The translations under genes and the position numbers were made by a program. Of a stretch of 32,000 nt of DNA, positions 10,110-18,820 are shown piece after piece. Source of the stretch: Microcystis aeruginosa NIES-2549. Its GTDB lineage: Bacteria; Cyanobacteriota; Cyanobacteriia; Cyanobacteriales; Microcystaceae. The DNA lies in the NCBI RefSeq assembly GCF_000981785.2, contig NZ_CP011304.1, positions 510,001 through 542,000 of the forward strand, read 5' to 3'. The first letter of the stretch is position 1, and every line of letters starts with the position of its first letter. The notes under the pieces were generated by a model. The model saw only the letters and a program-made list of their open reading frames with translations. It was not told where the DNA came from and ran no database searches.

Positions 10110-10465
10110 CGGTTTTTGGTATTTTCTTGGCAGGTTTTTAGAATAGCCCAAAGCATTTTACCAATTTCCTCTGCGTCATCATTGATACTTTGAAAGGCTC
10201 TTTCCTCTATGTAATTCGTGTCTTTCAATAGAGACAGCCAATACTTTGTTTCTAGACATTCCTTATAAGCTATTGACATTTTAGCTCGAAAATCAGATTG
10301 AGAAATAGCTCCATTAGCCTCGGCAATGTTAGCCCCGATTGAAGTGCCACTCCTTAATAGCTGTTTTGACAAAATATATTCTTGTTTAGTCTCACACAAA
10401 TATTTATAGCCTTTAACAATCCTAAGGGCAAATTTATAAGCTTTGTCATAAACTTTACTCTCCAT
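10106..10465 (-). CDS. four-helix-bundle protein (23S rRNA intervening-sequence ORF / Avd-like family)
   Basis: 119 aa. The pattern KAYKFALRIVKGYKYL...LSKQLLRSGTSIGANIAEANGA.S..DF..K..IA.KE..ET.YWL.LL is the signature I recall for this family (TIGR02436-type). Confidence 0.8.
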   Translation of the reverse strand: MESKVYDKAYKFALRIVKGYKYLCETKQEYILSKQLLRSGTSIGANIAEANGAISQSDFRAKMSIAYKECLETKYWLSLLKDTNYIEERAFQSINDDAEEIGKMLWAILKTCQENTKNR

Positions 10466-10477
10466 CTGTTTGCCCCG

Positions 10478-10505
10478 CTACTGATTACTAATTACTGATT
10501 ACTGT
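10478..10505 (+). repeat. heptanucleotide array CTACTGA/TTACTAA/TTACTGA/TTACTGT
   Basis: Four 7-nt units fill the spacer between the lipoprotein gene stop (10494-10492) and the four-helix-bundle ATG (10465). The reverse-complement unit CAGTAAT differs by 1 nt from CAGTTAT at 10075-10109. Confidence 0.8.
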
Positions 10506-11202
10506 TTTTCTCGCTTTGTTTATGGGGTAAAAAGAAAGCATCAAGGGGATCTGGGATGGGTTTAACCACTGCGGGGGGTTTGGGGGGAATCGCTTCTGCG
10601 ACGGGTTGCGCGGGGGGATTGGGTTTAACAGGGGTAACGACGGGAGTTTCTGGGGGTTTTGTTTCAGCTGCGCTGGGAATTGTCACCTGTCGGGGATTTT
10701 CGAGGGGTTTAGTGGAGACTGGGGGAGAATTGTTTTCTGGGGGTTTAACTTCTGAGGTGGGGGAAGGTTTAATTTCTGGGGACGGGGAAGGAGTGGGAAC
10801 CGAATGAACTGCTACTGCATCCATCTGTTCTAATTCCACTACATACAATTCGTTAACGGTTTGGGAACCCTGGGGAATAACTTCAAAGTCAATTTTGCCC
10901 TTAATGACGATTTCTTCGCCTTGACGGGGTAATTTATTGCTATTGGTGCGAATCCAAATCTTACCAGACTTATCCTGCAAAAGATAGGCCCCTCCCGCTA
11001 AAAAAGGGGCATAATTGCTCACAGTTCCCCTAAGATAAACTAAAGCGCCTTTTGGTTTTTCCTGTAATTGCTCGATCGCTGTTAGGGGAGGATCACCGAT
11101 GTAGGGAACGGCAATACCGAGGTCAGCAAGGGTACTACAACCGAATAACCCTAGCAATAATAATAAACTGCCGATGCGCCCTACACGAGTCTGGATAGAC
11201 AT
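10492..11202 (-). CDS. lipoprotein with N-terminal beta (OB-like) domain and proline-rich C-terminal tail
   Basis: Lipobox LLLLGLFGCS, a globular segment (LVYLRGTVSNYAPF...IWIRTN...IVIKGKIDFE), then about 100 aa of P/T/K/E-rich low complexity. Confidence 0.6.
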   Translation of the reverse strand: MSIQTRVGRIGSLLLLLGLFGCSTLADLGIAVPYIGDPPLTAIEQLQEKPKGALVYLRGTVSNYAPFLAGGAYLLQDKSGKIWIRTNSNKLPRQGEEIVIKGKIDFEVIPQGSQTVNELYVVELEQMDAVAVHSVPTPSPSPEIKPSPTSEVKPPENNSPPVSTKPLENPRQVTIPSAAETKPPETPVVTPVKPNPPAQPVAEAIPPKPPAVVKPIPDPLDAFFLPHKQSEKNSNQ

Positions 11203-11291
11203 TCTTGCTTTAACCTTAACGAGTGCTATTAGCCAATCTTTTTGACCATAGAATGGATCCGAAAGATTTTTGTTCTCGGTATTATCATAGA

Positions 11292-12149
11292 ATGTCCGTA
11301 ACTACTTGCCAAATTCTCGACGGGAAAGCCTTAGCTCAAAAAATCCAACTTGGTCTAGGAGAGCGCATCCAGACGCTAAAATCTTCAATGGGAAGACCTC
11401 CGGGGTTAGCGGTGTTGATGGTGGGGGATAATCCTGCTAGTGCCGTTTATGTACGCAATAAGGAGAAAGCTTGTACTAAAATCGGCATGGCCTCTTTTGG
11501 TCGTCATTTTCCAACCAATACAAGTGAACCAGAAATTTTGGCGGAAATTGTCCGTCTCAATCAAGATGAGCGGGTGGACGGGATTTTAATTCAATTACCC
11601 TTACCCAAGCATTTAGATGCGGTTTCCCTTCTCTACCAAATTGACCCGAAAAAAGATGCTGATGGCTTACATCCTCTCAATTTAGGCGGTTTAGTGCGGG
11701 GTGAGGACTGTATCCGCAGTTGTACTCCTGCGGGGGTCATGGCACTGCTGAAAGAATATAATATTCCCATAGCCGGTAAGCACGCGGTGGTACTGGGTCG
11801 CAGTATTCTAGTGGGGAAACCTTTAGCTTTAATGTTATTGGAGGAAAACGCTACGGTAACTATTGCTCACTCGCGCACAGAAAATCTGGCAGAAATAACC
11901 AGAAGTGCCGATATTTTAGTACCTGCGGTCGGTAAAGCCAATTTAATCACTAAAGATATGGTAAAACCTGGTGCGGTGGTGGTAGATGTGGGGATTAATC
12001 GTGTCGCTGACCGTTTGGTGGGAGATGTGGACTATGCTGGGGTTTTAGAAGTAGCTAGTTATCTTACTCCTGTCCCCGGGGGTGTCGGTCCGATGACGGT
12101 GGCAATGTTATTAAAAAATACCTTGTTAAGTTACGAACGCAAGTTATAA
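11292..12149 (+). CDS. folD: bifunctional methylenetetrahydrofolate dehydrogenase/cyclohydrolase
   Basis: [50 protein letters not shown] and [15 protein letters not shown]. The track's GTG 11223 start adds a non-conserved extension. ATG 11292 (or ATG 11253) gives a normal FolD length. Confidence 0.9.
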   Translation: MSVTTCQILDGKALAQKIQLGLGERIQTLKSSMGRPPGLAVLMVGDNPASAVYVRNKEKACTKIGMASFGRHFPTNTSEPEILAEIVRLNQDERVDGILIQLPLPKHLDAVSLLYQIDPKKDADGLHPLNLGGLVRGEDCIRSCTPAGVMALLKEYNIPIAGKHAVVLGRSILVGKPLALMLLEENATVTIAHSRTENLAEITRSADILVPAVGKANLITKDMVKPGAVVVDVGINRVADRLVGDVDYAGVLEVASYLTPVPGGVGPMTVAMLLKNTLLSYERKL

Positions 12150-12154
12150 ATCCG

Positions 12155-12175
12155 CAGCTACCAGCTATCAGCTAT
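12155..12175 (+). repeat. heptamer array CAGCTAC/CAGCTAT/CAGCTAT
   Basis: Three 7-nt units starting 6 nt after the folD stop. Confidence 0.7.
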
Positions 12176-12416
12176 TCAGTGATTCGGCTCTCTTGGGTTC
12201 GGTGGGTAAAATCTATTCTAAAATACAGTCTTGCTGGCGAGTGCGTGGAACGAACCACAAAGACACAAAGGACACAAAGATTGATCGCTTCTATATAAGT
12301 TAAACTTATCACACAAAGAATAAGAGGGCCGTAATTCTACCGATACAATCCTTGATTTTTTTTTAACTATGTTGGTAGAATTTTGCAAAACTGAATAAAC
12401 TAGGAGCTTTTCGGTC

Positions 12417-13427
12417 ATGATCTTTATTATCCCGATTATTCTTGGCGCGGCGGCCTTAGTTACTGCTGGTGTGGGTGTTAGTGCGGGTGCTAATGGTGTC
12501 TCCAAGCTACAAAAGGCCGAAAAAATTGGCAAAAGTGCCGAACAAAGATATAAAAAAGCCAACAAATCCCTAGAAAAAAAGTTTCAAGCTACCCAAAAAT
12601 TCGCGGAAGAATACGGTCAACTGCAAATTAATGTCAAAATCAACACTATCGGCAGATTTATTAAGTTTATTAGCAGAATTGATCAAAGAATCGGTCAAAG
12701 ACTTGGTCAAAATTCTTCCCAATCCCATCAACGCTTCTTAGAAGGGTTTGAGGGATTTTCTGCCGAACAATTCAAGGAATATAAAGCAGAAGTGTTAGAC
12801 GCGCAAAGTTTGGCTGTGGGGGGTTTAAAAGTAGTGGGAGTCGCTTCGGCAGCCAGTCAGGGAACCCTAGGATTAATTGGTCTTTTCGGTACTGCTAGTA
12901 CAGGAACAGCAATTAGTGGACTTAGTGGGGTAGCGGCTTGGAATGCTACCTTAGCATGGTTAGGAGGTGGTTCTTTAGCTGCCGGTGGTGGTGGTATGGC
13001 CCTGGGAACAGTGGTTTTAGGAGGTATTACCGTCGGACCTGCTTTAATGATTGGTGGTTTTGTCTTAGGAGGAGAAGGGAAAAAGGCCCTAACTAAAGCT
13101 ATCGAATACGCCAAGGAAGTGGATAATAAAATAGCTCAGTTAGATAAAAGTAAGAGTTTTTTAGGACAAGTTCAGCGCAGAATTAAGGAGTTACAATACC
13201 TCGTTAATAGTCTGAATAGTAGAGCTATTCAGAGTTTAACTGAACTGGAGTCACGAGCTAATTTTAATCCCCATCTAGAGGAAGATGTGGCCAAGTTTCG
13301 GGAGGTACTACTTTTAATTAAAGCTTCATCGGAAATCATGAAACTACCCATCCTAGACAAAAAGGGAAAATTAACCAAAGCAACGGAAAATCTCGGAGAA
13401 AAGTACCGCCTTCTCTTAGAAAACTAA
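12417..13427 (+). CDS. hypothetical membrane protein: N-terminal TM, coiled coil, glycine-zipper hydrophobic core, C-terminal coiled coil
   Basis: AGGAG lies about 9 nt before the ATG. 336 aa. MIFIIPIILGAAALVTAGVGV, then a K/E/Q-rich helix, then GLFGTASTGTAISGLSGVAAWNATLAWLGGGSLAAGGGGMALGTVVLGGITVGPALMIGGFVLGG, then heptad-like KIAQLDKSKSFLGQVQRRIKELQYLVNSLN. I cannot place it in a named family. Confidence 0.7.
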   Translation: MIFIIPIILGAAALVTAGVGVSAGANGVSKLQKAEKIGKSAEQRYKKANKSLEKKFQATQKFAEEYGQLQINVKINTIGRFIKFISRIDQRIGQRLGQNSSQSHQRFLEGFEGFSAEQFKEYKAEVLDAQSLAVGGLKVVGVASAASQGTLGLIGLFGTASTGTAISGLSGVAAWNATLAWLGGGSLAAGGGGMALGTVVLGGITVGPALMIGGFVLGGEGKKALTKAIEYAKEVDNKIAQLDKSKSFLGQVQRRIKELQYLVNSLNSRAIQSLTELESRANFNPHLEEDVAKFREVLLLIKASSEIMKLPILDKKGKLTKATENLGEKYRLLLEN

Positions 13428-13638
13428 TAATTATTCTTGAAAATCTATGAATGTTATCAACTGGTGGATTGATATTTATCCTCTGGTGATAATCAAAAAC
13501 TTTCCTTGATTTTAGAAGAAATTACTATCTTATTTTGCTCTATTTCTTTGAGAAATTTCATTCAATTATCGACGGGAAAAGCCGCGTTAAAGGATGCTAA
13601 TCACTGTTGGGAATTTTAATTAATTATCTGTTAATATC

Positions 13639-13734
13639 TAATACTAAATCTGGTTAGTAAAAACTGATTATTTATTCTCCCTTTTGCCTGAGTGCCTGTC
13701 CTGATATGTAGCCTATACTCGACGGATTTAGTAT
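13639..13734 (-). mobile_element. MITE-like element, family A, copy 2 (inverted relative to copy 1)
   Basis: The reverse complement reads ATACTAAATCCGTCGAGTATAGGCTACATATCAGGACAGGCA...ATAATCAGTTTTTACTAACCAGATTTAGTATTA. This matches 435-543 except for the internal heptamer tract. Confidence 0.6.
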
Positions 13735-13749
13735 TACTTATATCAAGAC

Positions 13750-13776
13750 AAAAAAAGGTGGGACTTGCCCACCTTT
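13750..13776 (-). terminator. Rho-independent terminator of ppsA
   Basis: The minus strand reads AAGGTGGG-CAAGT-CCCACCTT followed by TTTTTT, 10 nt after the ppsA stop. Confidence 0.8.
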
Positions 13777-13785
13777 GTCACTAAA

Positions 13786-16227
13786 CTATTGTCCTTGCTC
13801 CACTGCTGCCACCATCAATAAAGTCTTGAGGACAGAATCAGGATTAAGACTGATGGAATCGATGCCTAATTCCACTAAAAATTGAGCAAATTCGGGGTAA
13901 TCACTGGGAGCTTGACCACAGATACCGATTTTGCGATTATGGGCTTTAGCGGTTTCAATGGCCATTTTCACCATGCGTTTAACTCCCTCATTCCGTTCAT
14001 CAAAAAGATGGGCAACTAGGGCAGAATCCCGATCTAATCCTAAGGTTAATTGGGTCAAATCATTAGAACCGATCGAAAATCCGTCAAACACCTGAGCAAA
14101 TTGGTCGGCAAGAATTACATTACTTGGTAACTCACACATCACATAAACTTGCAAACCATTAACCCCGCGTTCGAGACCATTTTTCGCCATTTCTTCGAGG
14201 ACTCTCATCCCTTCTTCGGGGGTACGACAGAAAGGAATCATCGGAATCACATTAGTTAATCCCATTTCTTCCCGGACCATTTTCAGCGCCCGACATTCCA
14301 AAGCGAAAGCCTCGCGATAATTAGGATCAGTATAACGGGAAGCGCCGCGCCAACCGATCATCGGGTTTTCTTCCTTGGGTTCAAAGGGTTTGCCCCCCAA
14401 TAAATTAGCGTATTCATTGGATTTAAAATCAGACATCCGCACAATTACATCTTTGGGGTAAAATGCGGCTGCAATCATGGCAATTCCCCGGGCCAATTTA
14501 TCGACGAAAAATTGGGGTTTATCCTCGTAGTGTTTGGTTAATTCGGCGATTTGGTCTTTTACGTCTCCTTCTTCCAATTCGTGGAATTTCAGCAAGGCGC
14601 TGGGGTGGGCCTGAATATGGTTAGCGATAATGAATTCTAGACGGGCTAAACCGACCCCTTGGGCAGGAATATCGGCAAAAGCGAAGGCTTTTTCGGGATT
14701 ACCGATATTCATGAGGATTTTTGTCCGAGTTTGGGGCAAATTGTCCAGAGGAGTTTCGAGAATTTCAAAGGGTAGCAATCCGAGGTAAACTTTCCCTTCA
14801 TCCCCCTCCGCACAGCAAACGGTGACTTCCTGACCGGTTTTAATCGTTTCCGTGGCATTATTGCAACCCACGATCGCCGGAATGCCCATTTCTCGTGCGA
14901 TAATAGCGGCATGGCAAGTACGACCACCCTGATTAGTAACGATCGCGCTTGCTTGTTTCATAATCGGTTCCCAGTCGGGATCCGTGCGATTGGTGACGAG
15001 AACTTCTCCCGGTTTAAAGTTGTTGATTTTATCTACACTGAGGATGACTCTGGCTTTTCCTTGACCGATTGCCGCACCTACACTCCGTCCCACCGCTAAA
15101 ACTTGACTTCTTTGCTTAATCTCGTAGGATTTAAGGATATTAGCGGCTTTTTGCGATTGTACGGTTTCTGGACGGGCCTGAACGATAAAGAGTTCTCCCG
15201 TGATCCCATCTTTTGCCCATTCGATGTCCATGGGGGTGTAAGTTCCGCGCACTTGCGAGTAATGTTCCTCGATTTGGGCTGTCCAACGGGCTAAAGTAAG
15301 GATTTCTTGGTCACTAATGCAGAATTGATCCTGTTCTAGCTTGTTAACTCGGATATTCTTGGTTAGACGCGATCCTCCGTCATCGTAGATCATCTTGATG
15401 GCTTTACTGCCGAGGCGTTTGTCGAGGATGGGTTTGTAACCGTTTTTAAGAGTGGGTTTAAAAACCAGATATTCGTCGGGGTTAACAGCGCCTTGCACGA
15501 CATTTTCCCCTAAACCGTAGGCTGCCGTGATTAAAGCGGCATTTTTGAACCCTGTTTCCGTATCGATGGAGAACATCACCCCGGAGGTGGCTAGATCTGA
15601 ACGCACCATTTTTTGGACACCGACGGAAAGGGCGACGGCAAAGTGATCGAAACCGTTATGATGACGGTAGGAAATAGCGCGATCGGTGAATAAAGAGGCA
15701 AAACATTTATGGCAAGCTTCTAAAACTCCCCTCACCCCTTGCACGTTGAGATAGGTTTCCTGTTGTCCGGCAAAACTCGCTTCTGGTAAGTCTTCGGCAG
15801 TGGCGCTCGATCGAACGGCCACATCGATGAAATGATAGAGATCATCGCCATAACGTTCACAGAGTCGGCGATAGGCAATAGCGATCGCATGACTTAAATC
15901 ATCGGGGAACGGTGTATTTAAGATTAATGTGCGTGCTTGTTTACCTTTTTCTTGCAGGTTCTGCACATCGTTTTCGTCTAAATCTTGGAAAATTTGTCTT
16001 AATTGTGCGTCTAGTCCGGCTTTTTCGACAAAGTGACGGTAAGCGTAAGCGGTGGTGGCGAATCCTGTGGGGACATTAATCCCTTTCGGGGTTAATTGTT
16101 GGATCATTTCGCCTAATGAGGAGTTTTTCCCACCGACTAATCCCACATCTTTGCTGTCTACTTCTTCAAACCACAGAATTAATGCTTGTTCTCTAGAGGT
16201 TCTCGCAACATCTTGTAATAGCATCAT
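13786..16227 (-). CDS. ppsA: phosphoenolpyruvate synthase
   Basis: 813 aa. N-terminal VGLVGGKNSSLGEMI, phospho-His loop GGRTCHAAIIAREMGIPAIVG and C-terminal PEP-utiliser motif FSIGSNDLTQLTLGLDRDS. Confidence 0.93.
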   Translation of the reverse strand: MMLLQDVARTSREQALILWFEEVDSKDVGLVGGKNSSLGEMIQQLTPKGINVPTGFATTAYAYRHFVEKAGLDAQLRQIFQDLDENDVQNLQEKGKQARTLILNTPFPDDLSHAIAIAYRRLCERYGDDLYHFIDVAVRSSATAEDLPEASFAGQQETYLNVQGVRGVLEACHKCFASLFTDRAISYRHHNGFDHFAVALSVGVQKMVRSDLATSGVMFSIDTETGFKNAALITAAYGLGENVVQGAVNPDEYLVFKPTLKNGYKPILDKRLGSKAIKMIYDDGGSRLTKNIRVNKLEQDQFCISDQEILTLARWTAQIEEHYSQVRGTYTPMDIEWAKDGITGELFIVQARPETVQSQKAANILKSYEIKQRSQVLAVGRSVGAAIGQGKARVILSVDKINNFKPGEVLVTNRTDPDWEPIMKQASAIVTNQGGRTCHAAIIAREMGIPAIVGCNNATETIKTGQEVTVCCAEGDEGKVYLGLLPFEILETPLDNLPQTRTKILMNIGNPEKAFAFADIPAQGVGLARLEFIIANHIQAHPSALLKFHELEEGDVKDQIAELTKHYEDKPQFFVDKLARGIAMIAAAFYPKDVIVRMSDFKSNEYANLLGGKPFEPKEENPMIGWRGASRYTDPNYREAFALECRALKMVREEMGLTNVIPMIPFCRTPEEGMRVLEEMAKNGLERGVNGLQVYVMCELPSNVILADQFAQVFDGFSIGSNDLTQLTLGLDRDSALVAHLFDERNEGVKRMVKMAIETAKAHNRKIGICGQAPSDYPEFAQFLVELGIDSISLNPDSVLKTLLMVAAVEQGQ

Positions 16228-16648
16228 CAGTATTTTTACCTCTGTACTTTATACTTTCAGTTTAGCGAGATACCATCTTCAAAAATCCTTGAGTTTGATA
16301 TTTATTTACAAAACTATATAATAGCAAACTCAGCCACGATCACTCTATCTCTAAATGGGTTAATTGTCTAGGTACTTAACACAAAAATTAATAAACTAAT
16401 CAGGAGTCTCAACAGTAACTTTCCTCAATGATAGCCTTAGTTATCTCAAAATAGTTACAGCAGTTATCTCAATGGTGAGATAGGAAGTTTTCGTTTTGGG
16501 GAGTCGGTCGTCGCGGGTTTTTTGAAGAAAGTCGGGTAAATTTTCAGGATAATTTATGGTGAGTTGTAAAGTCATATCTCGTGCTATATTTATCTCATTT
16601 TTCTAGGTTGGATTTCACCTAGTTTAGCTCCATCCAACCTAGATTTAT

Positions 16649-18097
16649 TTATAGTTGTGTAATGGTGACATCAACAGTTTTAACCGTAGTTCCCAAACTG
16701 GATAAAGGAGGTTGAATTTCCTGTTCATTTCCCACCACAAGAGTCACAATTTGATTCGGTTGTAGATATTGTTGGGCCACTCGTTGAATATCGGCAATTG
16801 TCACCCCTTTTACCGCTTGTTGATAACGGAAGATAAAATCTTGGGGATAACCATAGTATTCATAGGTCATCAATCGCGATAAATTTTGAGCGGGTTTCTC
16901 AAACTTAAAAACAAAAGAATTGAGAATAGCATTTTTAGCATCTTCTAATTCTTTTGCGGTAACGGGTTGATTGCGAAGGCGCTCGATTTCGCCTAAAATT
17001 GCCTTAATAAAAGGTACGGTAGCATCCGTGCGAGTTTGACCTCCGGCAATAAATAAACCGGGATAATCATAACGACTATTCCAGATACCATAGACAGAAT
17101 AAGCTAATCCTTGACGGGAACGCACTTCATTAAATAAACGACCACCAAAACCGCTTAAAATCTCATTTAATACCGTTAAAGCGGGATAGTCTGGACTATC
17201 CAAACGACCCCCAAGATGACCTAATAAAACGCTACTCTGGGTTAATTGGGGTTGATTGACAACAAAGACACCTTGAAGATTTTTTTGGGTTGCCGAAGGG
17301 GTGACAATTTTAGGGGTAGTGGCGGGATTTTTCCAATCGCTAAAAGTCTTATTGATTAATGCTTTCATCGACTGAGAATCAAAATCACCGACAATTCCTA
17401 AAATTATTTGGTCGGGACGGACATAGGTACGATAAAAATCAATTAAATCCTGACGGTCAATATTAGCTAAAGTGCTATATTCTACAGTACGAGCGTAGGG
17501 GCTATTATCACCATAGACTAGCTTTTTAAACTCCCGACTAGCAATATCACTGGGATCATCATTACGTCGGGCAATCGCCCCTTTTTCCTGAACTTTGGCT
17601 AATTCTACCCTCTGACTTTCAAAAGCTGGGGAACGCAAAACCTCGGCAAAGAGATTAAAAACTGCTTCTAAATCTTCACTAAGAGCGTTAAAACTAGCAG
17701 TTCCAGCATTAAGATCGATCGAGGTTTCTACGAGGGCTGCTCTTTGTTCTAATAATTGATTTAAGACATTAGAAGAATGTTTGTCTGTGCCACCACTACG
17801 CAGCACGGTTCCAGTAATATCGGCTAATCCGACTTTTTCCCCCGGTTCTAATCTTCCTCCCGTCCGAATCATCGCCGTACCACTCACTAAAGGCAAGCTC
17901 CGATCCTCCACTAAATAAACCACCATACCATTATCTAGTTGATAGCGCTCGTATTGGGGAACTGTAACTTCAGGAAGGGGAGGAAAAGTTAAATCGGTAA
18001 AATGTCGCGGGGTTTGGGCAATTGCCGGGGAACGAAAAGCTAGGACACCTATCAGGGTGATCAGGATTAAACCTAGCCATTGTAAGCGTTTTTTCAT
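16649..18097 (-). CDS. M16 (pitrilysin) family peptidase homolog, apparently non-catalytic
   Basis: ATG 18097 gives the signal peptide MKKRLQWLGLILITLIGVLAFRSPAIAQ. The track's TTG 18184 adds an implausible extension. The fold pattern is M16-like (YQLDNGMVVYLVED...). The HxxEH zinc motif is replaced by GLADITGTVLRSGG, and no HxxEH occurs anywhere in the protein. Confidence 0.8.
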   Translation of the reverse strand: MKKRLQWLGLILITLIGVLAFRSPAIAQTPRHFTDLTFPPLPEVTVPQYERYQLDNGMVVYLVEDRSLPLVSGTAMIRTGGRLEPGEKVGLADITGTVLRSGGTDKHSSNVLNQLLEQRAALVETSIDLNAGTASFNALSEDLEAVFNLFAEVLRSPAFESQRVELAKVQEKGAIARRNDDPSDIASREFKKLVYGDNSPYARTVEYSTLANIDRQDLIDFYRTYVRPDQIILGIVGDFDSQSMKALINKTFSDWKNPATTPKIVTPSATQKNLQGVFVVNQPQLTQSSVLLGHLGGRLDSPDYPALTVLNEILSGFGGRLFNEVRSRQGLAYSVYGIWNSRYDYPGLFIAGGQTRTDATVPFIKAILGEIERLRNQPVTAKELEDAKNAILNSFVFKFEKPAQNLSRLMTYEYYGYPQDFIFRYQQAVKGVTIADIQRVAQQYLQPNQIVTLVVGNEQEIQPPLSSLGTTVKTVDVTITQL

Positions 18098-18700
18098 GAT
18101 TTGAGTGAAAATTATCGAGAGGAATAGATAAGAGGGAGCAAAAGGCAAACCTGGCCGCTTTTTGCTTTTTACGGTAGTCCTCAAGAAGTAATGATGATAG
18201 AATAGTCGCTAAAAATCAAGTGTCTCTCCGCTATGCCTAATTGTCCAAAATTCCCTACGGATCGGGGGGGATCTAGTATTTTATCCATCACTATAATTCC
18301 TCTTTGGATTTATCATTACTTGTTTAGCACTACCAATTTCCATCAGATTCTTGAGTATTTTCGTTCCCCCTACAAACCCATTCTAAACTAGGGGTCGGCA
18401 TTGCTGCTCTGGCAGCGCCCTGAGCATTCAAACTCTCGAACTTGTTTTTATAGGGACTCGAACCATCGACGCGCTGATATTCTGGGATTCTCGTAGGCCA
18501 TGACCCTAACTTATTTGTCACTATAAGTCAAGCTCAACCTCTTACTTATTGCCAAAAAAGCTTGATTTATTTTTTTCTGTTGGACGTTGCTCAATCAAGC
18601 GGTGCGGTTAGCGTCGTCTGGGGCTTGATATTGTTTTGTTTTAGCCTTAACCTTAAACTCTAGGACAAACATTGACGCTAAAATTTCAAAAATAGACCCA

Positions 18701-18820
18701 TATATAGCGTTTTTCAGTCTGCTGAGGTACAAAAGTTATGGGTTTTAGGCAAAAGGCAAGAGGCAAAAGGCAAAAGGGAAGAAAATAGGTGTACCTCACT
18801 AGCTTAGGAAACGCTATATA
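18701..18820. mobile_element. MITE-like element, family B
   Basis: The 30-nt terminal inverted repeats are TATATAGCGTTTTTCAGTCTGCTGAGGTAC and GTACCTCACTAGCTTAGGAAACGCTATATA. 23 of 30 positions are complementary, with the outer 12 and inner 7 perfect. The interior carries GGCAAAAGGCAAGAGGCAAAAGGCAAAAGG heptamers like family A. Confidence 0.55.

Noticed and set aside
10556-10807. Gly-rich ORF 10556-10807 (+), and similarly the Pro-rich ORF 12857-13114 (-)
   Set aside because: They are mirror images of a Pro-rich tail and a Gly-rich core encoded on the other strand (GGN/CCN complement). They are not independent genes.
12218-12565. ORF 12218-12565 (-), 115 aa
   Set aside because: It overlaps the SD-supported start of the 12417 gene and runs through the CACAAAG repeat (translated as LCPLCLC). 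No homology recognised.
14709-16321. Small ORFs within or overlapping ppsA (14709-14927, 14911-15099, 15103-15294, 16052-16321)
   Set aside because: They are alternative-frame or antisense ORFs inside a fully intact 813-aa PpsA gene.
16595-16640. Inverted repeat CTAGGTTGGAT...ATCCAACCTAG just downstream of the M16 peptidase gene
   Set aside because: It has an 11-bp stem but an 18-nt loop, and it is followed on the gene's strand by A-rich rather than U-rich sequence. That is insufficient to call an intrinsic terminator.
18440-18475. tRNA/tmRNA-like T-loop GGTTCGAGTCCC on the minus strand
   Set aside because: The flanking bases do not form a 5-bp T-stem (GATGG versus CCCTA). There is no acceptor stem, CCA context or anticodon arm, and no tmRNA 5' GGGG-type partner nearby.
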